A stretch of 64,000 nt of DNA from Fibrobacter sp. (GTDB taxonomy: Bacteria; Fibrobacterota; Fibrobacteria; Fibrobacterales; Fibrobacteraceae): NCBI GenBank assembly GCA_017475045.1, contig JAFVGH010000128.1:22779-86778 (forward strand). The letters run 5' to 3'. Positions 32,364 through 42,489 of this stretch are shown here, in pieces. The notes beneath the pieces were generated by a model. It did not search any database and had not been told where the DNA came from. It was given only the letters and a program-made list of their open reading frames with translations. The first letter of the stretch is position 1. Each line of letters starts with the position of its first letter. Both the position numbers and the translations under genes were made by a program.

Positions 32364-35300
32364 TTAGGTTCTCATCAAAAGGGTCAAATTCTTTTTTAAC
32401 AGTTCCGCATACTGTAACGCCTGTTTTGGAGTGTATAGATTTTCCGCATACTCGATAAACAGGGATAGTCCCGAAGGGCTTTCGCGGACCTCTATTTCGA
32501 AAGGCATTGCCGCATTGCGGTTCAAACCCACTTCTTCGATTTGAACTTCCGGCGGAATCAGGTTCAGCATGGTGTTTTCATGGACTTGTTTTTGATAGAT
32601 GATTTCCAAGGTGTATGTGTCCAGTTCGTCATTGTAGAAAATATCACCTAGGCATTCCGAATAGAAAATGCCCTTTAGGATTTGTTCTGAAATTTCGGAA
32701 AGAATTTTTGAGGGAGAATCCGTAATTTCAAGATCAATAAAGATGGGTAGATTTTCTTCGAAACTGCCGATTGTTTCTAGGTATTTGCCTTCTTTCCGGT
32801 TGTCATAAGTCCAGGTGTAGCAGATTTTCTTTTTTCCTGTCATCTCGGAGAGGGCAAGTATTGCCGCCGCGATAGAAAGTTCATTCCTGGATGTAGATCG
32901 TCTTTTTTCGGCTTGGTTCATTTGATCTAGGGAAATTCCTAAATCGTAATCCAAATAAGCACTTTTTCCGAAAGATTTTGTATGGTCGTATTCAAGTACG
33001 CAACACCATTTGAAATCGCCCTTTAGGGATTCGTAATATCTTTTTGCCTCAGCATATTTTGTGGACTTCTTGGTGTTTTCTAGGTCTTGTAAGTATGAGT
33101 AATAAAAGTCATCTCCTGATTTTTCTTGGTAATATTCGTTGAATATCTGGACGGCGAATATAAAACACGAGTAATAGTCTCCTAGAGAATGATGGACTTC
33201 CACAAAGAGGTACTTGTTTTTCTCTGTTACAATGACTTTGGTTCTATACAGATGTTCTCCGAATAAATTGAATGGACGCTCCGGCTTTTCTTTAAACTTG
33301 TTGAATTCTTTTTCGGAGGTGTGCCACAATTCTGTTTTTTTTATCAATTCAGGGCGGTATGAGACGGAATATTCTCCCGTTTCATCTTTCGAAAAAACAG
33401 ACATCATCATCGGATGCTTTTGAAGTGTCTTGTCAACGGCTTCGCATAGTTTTTTTTCATCGTATTGATTTCCGAGTGTGACAACGTACGAAAAGTTGTA
33501 AACGTAATTACTGCCGGATTTTTGTTCTTCTTCAGATAGGAAAAATTCTTGCTCTGCCTTTATGTCGAATGTTTTTTTTCGGCATTGTTCTTCATATTTT
33601 TCATTGTCATCTGTGTTCTTGTTTGATTGTAATTTTTTTGCAATTCGATCGATTGTCTTTCCGTAGTAGATATCTGAAACCGTCAGCGTTAAATGATGCT
33701 TTTCTATCTCGATGATTAGCTCAACGGCTGATATAGAGGATCCGCCTAGCTCAAAGAAATTATCCTCTTTGGAAGGGTCTCTTTTTAGATCAAGAACTTT
33801 TTTGACCGCAGAACATAAGATGTTTTCGATGCCAATTTCTGAAGAGTCCTCGTTTAAATGCTTAAACGAAATATCCATTGTTTTTAGGCTTTGCTTGTCA
33901 ATTTTCCCGTGTTTATTTAAGGGCATCTTGTCAAGCGTTACAAAAACCGAAGGAATCATATAAGGCGGAAGAAATTTTGATAGCTCACCCTTGATAGCCT
34001 TTGTAGATATGTCTGTGCCTGCAACAATGAATGCGACAAGGAAATTCTCTTTTTCGTTGGTCTTTAAAATAACGGTTGCTTGCTTAATGGCTTCAATTTT
34101 TAAGATGGATTGTTCTATTTCCTGGAGTTCGATTCGCTGTCCGTTTAACTTTACCATATCGTCGGCTCGCCCGCAGATCACAATTTCTCCGCTATCGGTC
34201 CTATAGGCAAGATCCCCAGATTTGTATGTTCTTTCGCCTCTGTATTCTATAAAGCTCTTTGCCGTATCATCGGGACGATTCAAGTATCCGCAAGAAAGGG
34301 TCTTGCCCTGTATTAAAAGTTCTCCCTTCTGGTTTGGTCCAAGTTCGTTTCCTTCTTCATCTACGATGAAAATTTTTGTCCGGTATGGAATTCCATTTGT
34401 GAAGGAACTTGTTGTATTTTGCAATACCTTGCACACAGCCATGGAGCAAGTTTCTGTTGTACCGTACCCATTGATGATTTTTACGGTAGGGAGTTTGCTG
34501 AAAATTTTCGTGGCATGCTCCGGAGAGAGCGGCTCTCCGCCCATGTAAAGGCCTATAATGCTTTCAAATTTTTCTTTATCAGCCGCAGAAAGTAGAATTT
34601 CTATGAATGAAGGTATTCCAATTACGGAATCCAGTTGATACTTCTTGATCTGTTCCGAAAATTTTGTTAAATCTTTAAGCTCGTTTTCTTTGTTAAGGAA
34701 AAATAGGGCGCCTGCATAAAGGCAATAAAAGAATCCTGTATAAAAAAGGATGAACGTGAATGGGGATATGTCGGCCAATCGATGAATTTGATATTGGGCA
34801 ATGGCGATCCATTGTTCTGGAAAGAATTCTTCGTAAATGGCCCTGTGGTTAAGCGTGACCCCTTTGGGATTTCCTGTAGAACCTGAGGTGTAAATGCACA
34901 TTGCCATGTCATCGGGGCTTACATGAACAACTTGTTTTTTTAAATGTTCTTTTTTCGCTTTGGCAAGGAGTTCTTCTAGTGTGAAAATCTTGCAAGTGCA
35001 TTTGCCTATTTCTAGAAGTTTCGCCTTGATTTTTGCGGTTGTAATGATGGCTGGCGATTTGGAATCGTTGATGCTGTATGCAATTCTTTCAGGAGGCGTG
35101 TCGAGTGTAAGTGGGATAAAGGCCGCACCCGTTTTTAAAACGCCCATGATGGCGATATGAATAGAGAAAGACCTGTCCAATACAAGAGTGATGAAATCCC
35201 CTTGTCTGATTTCTGGAATCAGGGCGAAAAGCGATGCCGCCAAATAATCTGATTCCTGGTCAAGTTCCTTGTACGAAAGTTCCTTGTCTGCGCAGATAAC

Positions 35301-35375
35301 GGCAATGGCACCGGGCGTCATTTGAGCGTGTTCGGTAAGTTTGTCATGTACGGCGATAAATTTTTCTTTAGCCAT
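32364..35375 (-). CDS. Stand-alone NRPS, A-T-C architecture, no thioesterase
   Basis: YTSGSTGNPKG, NGYGTTET, GELLIQG, YKSGDL, GRADDMVKLNGQRIEL, LPPYMIP, HGKIDK; T domain FFELGGSSISA; C domain HHSLGDYYS. Confidence 0.92.
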   Translation of the reverse strand: MAKEKFIAVHDKLTEHAQMTPGAIAVICADKELSYKELDQESDYLAASLFALIPEIRQGDFITLVLDRSFSIHIAIMGVLKTGAAFIPLTLDTPPERIAYSINDSKSPAIITTAKIKAKLLEIGKCTCKIFTLEELLAKAKKEHLKKQVVHVSPDDMAMCIYTSGSTGNPKGVTLNHRAIYEEFFPEQWIAIAQYQIHRLADISPFTFILFYTGFFYCLYAGALFFLNKENELKDLTKFSEQIKKYQLDSVIGIPSFIEILLSAADKEKFESIIGLYMGGEPLSPEHATKIFSKLPTVKIINGYGTTETCSMAVCKVLQNTTSSFTNGIPYRTKIFIVDEEGNELGPNQKGELLIQGKTLSCGYLNRPDDTAKSFIEYRGERTYKSGDLAYRTDSGEIVICGRADDMVKLNGQRIELQEIEQSILKIEAIKQATVILKTNEKENFLVAFIVAGTDISTKAIKGELSKFLPPYMIPSVFVTLDKMPLNKHGKIDKQSLKTMDISFKHLNEDSSEIGIENILCSAVKKVLDLKRDPSKEDNFFELGGSSISAVELIIEIEKHHLTLTVSDIYYGKTIDRIAKKLQSNKNTDDNEKYEEQCRKKTFDIKAEQEFFLSEEEQKSGSNYVYNFSYVVTLGNQYDEKKLCEAVDKTLQKHPMMMSVFSKDETGEYSVSYRPELIKKTELWHTSEKEFNKFKEKPERPFNLFGEHLYRTKVIVTEKNKYLFVEVHHSLGDYYSCFIFAVQIFNEYYQEKSGDDFYYSYLQDLENTKKSTKYAEAKRYYESLKGDFKWCCVLEYDHTKSFGKSAYLDYDLGISLDQMNQAEKRRSTSRNELSIAAAILALSEMTGKKKICYTWTYDNRKEGKYLETIGSFEENLPIFIDLEITDSPSKILSEISEQILKGIFYSECLGDIFYNDELDTYTLEIIYQKQVHENTMLNLIPPEVQIEEVGLNRNAAMPFEIEVRESPSGLSLFIEYAENLYTPKQALQYAELLKKNLTLLMRT

Positions 35376-36508
35376 TATGCATTCTCGATGAATTTGCCCA
35401 TGTAGTCAAGAACTGAAATAAGTCCTTTTTCCAAATCAGTCTTGTTCAGGAGCAGGTTGATTCTAAAACAGAACTGTTTGCTTATGTCAAAACCGTGCAT
35501 GACACCTGGAAAAATTAAATATCCCTTTTCCTTGATTAGTTTTTTTATGGCGAAATTAAAATTTTCAGTTCCTATACACCCATCAAGAAAAATCATGGCA
35601 TAATGACCGAAAATATCAGGTGATACATGGGCGAAATGGTAATTTGCTAGAATCTGATGAACTCGTCTATAATTGTTGCTCCAAAATTGATTGTAAAAAC
35701 GAAGACATTCGTCGTAGTTTTTGGAGATGAAATGGCGTGCTCCCAGTTCACTTAGATAATTTAGGGAGCCTCCGTAACAATCTTTGAGCCTATCAATTTC
35801 GTCAGTGAACTTTTTATGTGTGACAATGACAGAAAATTTAATCCCTTGAATTCCTAGAGCCTTGTGCGGACTATAGATGTACATTAGTTTTTCTTGTATT
35901 CCTAATGTTCTTGAAAGTTCCTTGCCGTTTACGCATAAGGCCTCGTCCAATATAACCCATTTTCCTGCATCTAGAAGTTCTTGAATGCTGTTTATGACAT
36001 TTTGATTGAAATAAACGCTTGTCGAATTGATGGGGGAGGTGAACCAAAATGCTTCGCAGTCCGAATTTATAAGGGGACTGATGTTAAAATTTTGATTGAA
36101 GTCGGGAATGAATTCGTTAAAAACGTGGTAGGCGACTTTTAAATCGTCTAGGCAGGTCTGTGCCGTAAAGTATGCTGGCGCAATGATTCCTGTTTTTAAA
36201 TTTCTTTGTGAAAGGAATACTGCGATTGTTACAATCGAATGGGTGCTTTGCGAAAAGGCAAAACCTTGGGATTCATAGAAATCTTCGCTAGAAAAGCCTA
36301 ATTTGTTTGCGATGCTTTTCTTGATGGATTCAGGAAGATAATATTGATAGTCAAAAATATCCTGTACGGATTCGTATTTGAGGATATCTTTGAGTTTTGC
36401 CTTGTATTCGGAGCCGGCATTCCAGTAAGATAGATTTACAGACTGCGTTTCTTTTGACAGGGCTTTTGATGCCTTGTCAAGTTCCATTTCTATTTCGTAG
36501 TTAGTCAT
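35375..36508 (-). CDS. Class I/II PLP-dependent aminotransferase/decarboxylase-like enzyme
   Basis: FTSPINSTS, WVILDEAL, YSPHKALGIQGIK (PLP lysine), CFRINL; stop overlaps the NRPS start. Confidence 0.75.
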   Translation of the reverse strand: MTNYEIEMELDKASKALSKETQSVNLSYWNAGSEYKAKLKDILKYESVQDIFDYQYYLPESIKKSIANKLGFSSEDFYESQGFAFSQSTHSIVTIAVFLSQRNLKTGIIAPAYFTAQTCLDDLKVAYHVFNEFIPDFNQNFNISPLINSDCEAFWFTSPINSTSVYFNQNVINSIQELLDAGKWVILDEALCVNGKELSRTLGIQEKLMYIYSPHKALGIQGIKFSVIVTHKKFTDEIDRLKDCYGGSLNYLSELGARHFISKNYDECLRFYNQFWSNNYRRVHQILANYHFAHVSPDIFGHYAMIFLDGCIGTENFNFAIKKLIKEKGYLIFPGVMHGFDISKQFCFRINLLLNKTDLEKGLISVLDYMGKFIENA

Positions 36509-36808
36509 TTAAATTAAACCGAATACGGCGTCGAGTCCAGTTGCGTCTAGGACTTCCTTGAAGTTTTCGCCGATATTGATGAGCTGCATGTTTCCCTGTT
36601 TCTTTTTTAAGGTCTTGAATGTTGAAAGTAAGACTCGGATTCCTGCCGAGGATACATAATCGCATTCTTTAAAATCCATAATTAGCGAATTTATCCGTTC
36701 GATGTGCGCTGCAATTTCGGCTGCAAGTTTGGGCGAGGTGAGTGTGTTTAGCTCGCCAGAAAGAGCTATTGTCATTTCAGTATCATTCAAAGTAGTTCTA
36801 AGTTCCAT
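36509..36808 (-). CDS. STAS-domain anti-sigma-factor antagonist
   Basis: LSGELNTLTSP, DFKECDYVSSAGIRVLL (phospho-Ser motif), EVLDATGL. Confidence 0.9.
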   Translation of the reverse strand: MELRTTLNDTEMTIALSGELNTLTSPKLAAEIAAHIERINSLIMDFKECDYVSSAGIRVLLSTFKTLKKKQGNMQLINIGENFKEVLDATGLDAVFGLI

Positions 36809-36853
36809 TCTAGGCTCCGTATTATATTTTAGTAAAAAAGATTGCGAAAAGAA

Positions 36854-37852
36854 TTAAAACAAGTGCTTCCACTGGAAGCCGAGTGTGTAGAATATCCATT
36901 CTCTACCGCTATAGGTCATTAGGGGCTCGTGTTCGCTGTCCTTGTATTTTTCATGGAAACTTCTGCGGGCTTCGAAATCCAAAAGCACATAGAGCTTGTC
37001 ATTTTTGTCGAGCGAGATTTCGGCCATAGGCCAGATGTCGATGGTCATGAAATCGCCCTTGTAGCTAGATGAATAGTCTCCGAAATCGCTGGATTGATAA
37101 TGTCCCGAAAGTGTCGTGCCAACACCAATCATCGAAAGCATTAACGGCATTTGGTATCCTATAAAGTATTCCTGCTCATAGATCCAACCGCTCGCTAATC
37201 CGTCCGTAGCCTGCCAAAGCCAAACATCGCTGTCGGTGCCCGTCAATTTTTGGTAGCCGGCTTTGTAGGTTGCCGTTGCGACAACATGGTGCCAATCGCC
37301 TTCCCAGAGAGCGGCAAGGTCGAACATAAAACATCCGCTAGCCCAACCATACAAGTACCAGTGTGCAAAAGGTGTCAAGTCCTTGTATTCGGGCTTAGCT
37401 GCGTTGTATGCGGCCATTCCCTGAAACATGTCAAAAGCATTCCAGCCTGTTCCTGCCGTGCCGCCGATGGCTAGCTCCAAAAAGGCAATGGGCGATACGG
37501 TGATGGATGCTACAGGCGCAACGGTTATCGGCGAAACTTCCAACCCCGCGCTAAATGTCACATGGTTGTCGGCGGTGAATTCGTCATCGCCACGCAAGAA
37601 GGGGAGCGTGTATGCCGCGTCGAATTCAGCAATGGCCTCGATTCCGTCGTAAGGACCGCTGATTCCTGTGACATGGCTTGAACCGCGGTGGTGTTCCACC
37701 TCGGGGTAGTAGGCGGCAGATGTCGTTGCCGATAGTTCCCAGTGGGATTTTTCCTGTGCTGCATTGAGCGTTTGAGTGGCGGGGACACCTTCTTCTGCAA
37801 AAAGGAGACTGCAGCTTAATGCAGTGGCTGCAAAGTATGTGAATTTATTCAT
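36854..37852 (-). CDS. Hypothetical outer-membrane beta-barrel protein
   Basis: Signal peptide, aromatic-rich beta strands, C-terminal ...GFQWKHLF. Confidence 0.65.
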   Translation of the reverse strand: MNKFTYFAATALSCSLLFAEEGVPATQTLNAAQEKSHWELSATTSAAYYPEVEHHRGSSHVTGISGPYDGIEAIAEFDAAYTLPFLRGDDEFTADNHVTFSAGLEVSPITVAPVASITVSPIAFLELAIGGTAGTGWNAFDMFQGMAAYNAAKPEYKDLTPFAHWYLYGWASGCFMFDLAALWEGDWHHVVATATYKAGYQKLTGTDSDVWLWQATDGLASGWIYEQEYFIGYQMPLMLSMIGVGTTLSGHYQSSDFGDYSSSYKGDFMTIDIWPMAEISLDKNDKLYVLLDFEARRSFHEKYKDSEHEPLMTYSGREWIFYTLGFQWKHLF

Positions 37853-37904
37853 AAAAAAGTCTCCTTCTGGATTGACGGCTTACGCCGTCCGTGGTATCAT
37901 TTTT

Positions 37905-39263
37905 TTAGAAACTCATCTTTCCCTTAAACGTGACACTGCTGAAATCGCGGTATTCTCCGTACAGTCCGTTCTTGCCGTCGGGACCTTCAAGGTACAGGTC
38001 GCCTATCAGACAAAGCGTAATCGCGTCGGTCAGCTTGTAGTCCAGCTCAAGCTCGCTTGCGGTAGAGAAATCCCATAAGTCTAAAGCACCCGAGGCCATA
38101 ATGGTGAGTGTTTCGTTCAGGATGGATTTCTCGATACTCAAGGTGGTCTGGTGTTCGAATCCTTTCCGCTCAAGGTCGTCATCGTGATCGATTACGCCAT
38201 CTGCAACATACTGTGCTGTAATCGTCCAGCCTCCGCTAGGAGTCCAGTCCAGCCCGGCAAGGCCCAAGACTTGATTCTTTCTCTTGCTTGCGGGGCGCGA
38301 GTTTTCCGAATACTTAAAGAGTTGACTGTTGACATTTGTTTGGAAATGTCGCTTGGGGAAAAAGGCGCCTTCAAGACGGAATACGAAATCTCCGGCAGGA
38401 ATCGCTGCGTCGGCGCCGATCATGTACATACGCTTGTATTCTCCTGTCACATCGATTGTGTAGCTGGTGGCAGGCATGTCTTCGCCATCGCCAAAAACAA
38501 TATTGGGGTTGTACCGGATTAACGGAAGGTCATCCCAACCGTAGAATCCGTACAGCGACAAATCTGCGACTGACGTGTAAGTGCTTGCGCGAAGTGCAAG
38601 TTCGCTTTTCGAAAGTCTTTTTTCCGGGAGTTCGAAGTCGTCGTATTTTTCAGGATAATTGATTCCGATGCCATCTACTTCCGCCGGGAATACGCGCGAA
38701 TGCAGCGGGTTACCCTTGGCGAGCGGCAGAATGCTCGGCGTAAAGAACGGAATCCAGTAGGCGTCGACTTGAGTTTTTTCGGTTAAAAGAGAAATGCGCA
38801 CGGCATCGATTCCGAGCTTGGATTCGTTGTAGTCTGCAGCAACTACATTCGTTTCGTCTCGTGGGTTCAGTACGTCGGTAATCTGGAGGTCGTCGGCCTT
38901 TCCCCAAGAGGTAATCTGGCGACCGATTCGCAACGCAAGCAATTCGCCTTTCCAGTCGATATAGGCTTCGCGGAGTTTTAGGGCATAGGTGCCGTCATCG
39001 GCAACAAATGCGGAAGAACCATTTGTACTTTGGCTGCCCAAGGCATCGTGCACGATTTGGCCGTTTACGTAAATCATGGCTTCGTCAAGGTACGATTTGA
39101 CTGTTCCGTCAAAAATCGTCTGGCCGAGCAAGAAATCGCCCTTGTTATGGTGAGCATTCGGGAGTCCTACCCCGGCCTGCGAGGTAAGGCTACCCAAGAA
39201 AACTGTTTCTTGGGCACAAACGGTTGCGGCAAGAGCTAGGCCGAGGGCGGTGAATCGTTTCAT
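37905..39263 (-). CDS. DUF1302-like outer-membrane protein
   Basis: Start MKRFTALG (39263) after AAGGAG; LREAYID, RIGRQITSWGKAD..ITDVLNPRD; C-terminal Phe. Confidence 0.75.
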   Translation of the reverse strand: MKRFTALGLALAATVCAQETVFLGSLTSQAGVGLPNAHHNKGDFLLGQTIFDGTVKSYLDEAMIYVNGQIVHDALGSQSTNGSSAFVADDGTYALKLREAYIDWKGELLALRIGRQITSWGKADDLQITDVLNPRDETNVVAADYNESKLGIDAVRISLLTEKTQVDAYWIPFFTPSILPLAKGNPLHSRVFPAEVDGIGINYPEKYDDFELPEKRLSKSELALRASTYTSVADLSLYGFYGWDDLPLIRYNPNIVFGDGEDMPATSYTIDVTGEYKRMYMIGADAAIPAGDFVFRLEGAFFPKRHFQTNVNSQLFKYSENSRPASKRKNQVLGLAGLDWTPSGGWTITAQYVADGVIDHDDDLERKGFEHQTTLSIEKSILNETLTIMASGALDLWDFSTASELELDYKLTDAITLCLIGDLYLEGPDGKNGLYGEYRDFSSVTFKGKMSF

Positions 39264-41659
39264 ACATTCTCCTTTTCTTTGCCGAAGGGATTGGTCACAT
39301 GCAGCAGCGCCGGTGTGATGGTGTAATCGGCGATTAGTGCCCCCGAAAGCCCGGTGATAATGAGAATCCCTAGCACCATCAAGAAACGCATCGGGCTGAA
39401 CAGGTAGACGCTGAACATGGAGCATAGGATAATTGTCGTCAGGAACATGGTCGAACCTATTTCGCGGAAGGTCGCTTCCATCGCATTGACGCAGGAACCG
39501 CTTTGTTCGTAGCGCATTTTAAGGTGCGTCGTAAGGTGAATGGTGTCGTCGACTGCGATACCTAAAACCAGCGGCATTACCGTGATGGTGCTGAAATCAA
39601 GCGCAAAGTTGAAGTAGCCCATGACACCGCCCACCAAAATAACCGGAGCCACATTCGGAATCATGCCGATGAGCCCGAGCTTTAGGCTAGAGAAGGCGAA
39701 AATCAGCATAATGGCGATAATCAAAAGCGAAAATCCGAAGGATTTCAGCCCTCCAAAAATAATGCGGTTGCTCATTTCGGAATACCGGATCATGTCTCCT
39801 AAAAGGGTGCACTTTGCGCCAGGGAACAGTTCGGCAAGTTTGGTCTTCAATGAATCCATATTGGCGAGCGCTTCTTCTGTGGCGAATTGGGTCATGTCCA
39901 CATTGACAACGGTCGTCTTGAAATCTTCATCCATCGCATCGCTGAAATCCTGGCGCATTTCGATAGATGACAGTTCCATCAGCTGTGCAAGCACATATTC
40001 GTCTTCGGGAACGGTGTAGAAAGAATCTTTTCCTTCGTTCAGGGCGCGATTCATTTCTTTCAAGATGCTTGTCACCGACGCCACACGTGCCTTGCCGCCC
40101 GACCACTTGGTAAGCGAAAGTGTTCCCAGATAATCTTCCAGCTGTAATAGCGCCTTCATATTTTCCGGTTTCTTGAAAGCGCCTTCTTCGTCATAGGAAA
40201 TCATAATCGTGTAACTGTACTGGTTTCCGAGCTTTGTCTGGAGCATTTCCTTTGTTTCTCGGATGTACGACATCTTGTCGCCTGTTATAGTAAGGTAGTC
40301 CAGTTGCGCCGTAATTTTAAACATCCCGGGGATAAATGCTGCGATAATCAGAGCCGTAACTACGATAAAGGCCCACTTCTTTTTATAGACGAATTTTGAC
40401 CAACTTGCGAATTTTGTGTCTAACTTAGTGGCGCCTTTTTCGAGCATCGCCTTAGGGGCACGATCTTTGCCGAAAGAAAGTAAAATCGGAATTAATATGG
40501 TTACGTAGAGGTAGATAGCGAGTACTACCAAGGCCGATGTCTTGCCCATCCATTCCAGGGGTTTCATGTCGACAAACAGGAAACTGACAAAAGATGCCAT
40601 GGTCGTAAGAACGGTGAATAGCACCGGCCATCCGCATTCCTCGACGCACTTGATTGCCGATTCTTTGCGCTTGCCTGTGCGCCTAAAGAACAGCTTGAAC
40701 ATCTTGATGTAATGCACCGAATAACCCACCGCAAGGGCCATGCCGAGAACGACTGGTAGTGTCACGAGGGCGGAATCGGCTTTTGCTCCAAAATAGGACA
40801 TTGCGCCAAAGACCGATGCAATGGCACTGAGGGTTGTAACGGCGGGCACAACTACGCCAAAAACGTTGCGCAGGCACAAGGTCAAAAACAAAAGCATCAC
40901 GCCGATGCTACAGAGAACCCTGATGCCGTATTCGGGGACTTCGTAGCGGTCTTCGTTGGCGTTGTCGTACGGCATTCCGCCACCGTAAAGCTTGAAACCC
41001 TTGTTCTGGAATTCGTCGCTTTCGATGATTTCCATCAGCTTGTATCCGATGGCAACAGGGACTTCATCTGACTCGCCGTTGAATTTTTCGTCGAGTTCCT
41101 TTCCCTTGAACGGGTATAGCGATAGGGAAATCCAAGTTTCTCGTCCGTTGTCACTCACGAGGGAGTTCACGAGTGCATTCGTCTTTTCGCTTCCGCGCAT
41201 CACGAGTGCGCGTGCGTTAGCTAGCTCCGCAGAATCCGAGGGAATGCCGTTCTCATAAGGTTTCTTGATTTCGAATCCTTCTTCATTGCCGACAGGAATG
41301 TCAACATTGATAATCGAGGTGAGTCGGTCTGCAAACGGAATCTCGTCCTTCATCCGGGTTCCGATTTTATCGATGACCTTCAGCATGTCTTCGCTAAAGA
41401 CATCTCCGTCCCCTTGTTTTACGAGCAAAACGCCAACACCGTTCAGGTTTCCGAAGATTTCTTCGTACTTCTTTGTGTTTTGCGTTATGTCGTCGGTATC
41501 GCCGAACCAGCCGTCTTCGCCAATGTCGAGTGCAAACTGACTTAAGCCGGAACTGCAGATGACCGTAACGATGAGCAGGGCGATAAGAATTTTCCAGCGA
41601 TGGCGTAGCTGGGCGCGTCCAATCTTGCCGAAAAATTGACTGAGCTTCTCGACTTTCAT
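39260..41659 (-). CDS. MMPL/RND-superfamily transporter
   Basis: Two TM bundles; ALAVGYSVHY and LGIAVDDTIH motifs; ATG at 41659 after AGGTGGG. Confidence 0.88.
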   Translation of the reverse strand: MKVEKLSQFFGKIGRAQLRHRWKILIALLIVTVICSSGLSQFALDIGEDGWFGDTDDITQNTKKYEEIFGNLNGVGVLLVKQGDGDVFSEDMLKVIDKIGTRMKDEIPFADRLTSIINVDIPVGNEEGFEIKKPYENGIPSDSAELANARALVMRGSEKTNALVNSLVSDNGRETWISLSLYPFKGKELDEKFNGESDEVPVAIGYKLMEIIESDEFQNKGFKLYGGGMPYDNANEDRYEVPEYGIRVLCSIGVMLLFLTLCLRNVFGVVVPAVTTLSAIASVFGAMSYFGAKADSALVTLPVVLGMALAVGYSVHYIKMFKLFFRRTGKRKESAIKCVEECGWPVLFTVLTTMASFVSFLFVDMKPLEWMGKTSALVVLAIYLYVTILIPILLSFGKDRAPKAMLEKGATKLDTKFASWSKFVYKKKWAFIVVTALIIAAFIPGMFKITAQLDYLTITGDKMSYIRETKEMLQTKLGNQYSYTIMISYDEEGAFKKPENMKALLQLEDYLGTLSLTKWSGGKARVASVTSILKEMNRALNEGKDSFYTVPEDEYVLAQLMELSSIEMRQDFSDAMDEDFKTTVVNVDMTQFATEEALANMDSLKTKLAELFPGAKCTLLGDMIRYSEMSNRIIFGGLKSFGFSLLIIAIMLIFAFSSLKLGLIGMIPNVAPVILVGGVMGYFNFALDFSTITVMPLVLGIAVDDTIHLTTHLKMRYEQSGSCVNAMEATFREIGSTMFLTTIILCSMFSVYLFSPMRFLMVLGILIITGLSGALIADYTITPALLHVTNPFGKEKENV

Positions 41660-41679
41660 ATTCAACCCACCTGATGAAT

Positions 41680-42468
41680 CTACTTGACCTGTTCGCGTTC
41701 AAGTGCGCTTACCGTGAAGTAGCTCTCGTTCACCTTTTCGTTGTACTTCAGGTCCTTGATTTCATAGACGGTCTTGTGGTTGGATTGCACGTTGGTCATG
41801 GTCATTTTCTGGGTGGTCCAGTATCCCTTGACCTGCTTGATGTTTTCGCAGGTGAGCGTCTTTTGGAGCTTGTTTTGTTTATCGTAGTATTCGCCCTTCT
41901 GAACAACATAGGTCTTTTTGTCTACCCAGGTGACGCGGCGGCTGACTTTGGCTTTCGGGTCTTTTGCCTTGGCTTCAAGGATCCAGCAGTCAACACCGTT
42001 TACCTTCTCTTCGCCGAGAATGGCGAAGTTGTCCTTAGAAAGGCTGCGGGTGCCCAGGTCGTCGTAAGTAAAGTCCGTTCCCTGGAAATCGTCATCCTTG
42101 CTGGAACCGGAAACGCGGCGCACCTTTTTCATGGCGGGCAGGTAAATCCAGCTGTCGCTATCGACGGTGGATCCGTCGGCCTTGTCGGGGTAGTCGTAGG
42201 TGAGGTAGCTGATTCCCGCCACGTCTCTGGGTGTCTTGAAAACAAGGACCGTCTTGTCGGTGGTTCCGTCCTTCATGGTGTAAGATGCGATTTCGCGATT
42301 GCGGGTTTTCCCGTTTTTGTCAATCAGGGTAACCGAAATGGTTCCGGACGATGTCTTTCCTGAAGGCAAGTCATGGACTTTCTTGGCGATTTCGTTTGCC
42401 GACTGGGCAAAGGTGGTTGCCGCAAAAATTAAACCAGATACGGCGAGTTTAAAGAATGTGTGCTTCAT
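41680..42468 (-). CDS. Outer-membrane lipoprotein-sorting (LolA-like) periplasmic protein
   Basis: Signal peptide; FKTPRDVAG, WIYLPAMKKVRRV, FQGTDFTYDDL. Confidence 0.85.
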   Translation of the reverse strand: MKHTFFKLAVSGLIFAATTFAQSANEIAKKVHDLPSGKTSSGTISVTLIDKNGKTRNREIASYTMKDGTTDKTVLVFKTPRDVAGISYLTYDYPDKADGSTVDSDSWIYLPAMKKVRRVSGSSKDDDFQGTDFTYDDLGTRSLSKDNFAILGEEKVNGVDCWILEAKAKDPKAKVSRRVTWVDKKTYVVQKGEYYDKQNKLQKTLTCENIKQVKGYWTTQKMTMTNVQSNHKTVYEIKDLKYNEKVNESYFTVSALEREQVK

Positions 42469-42489
42469 GTTTTCTCCTTTTTTTTCTGA

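Noticed and set aside
39264-39425. N-terminal extension of the DUF1302-like ORF
   Set aside because: It overlaps the MMPL gene; the SD and signal peptide support the start at 39263.
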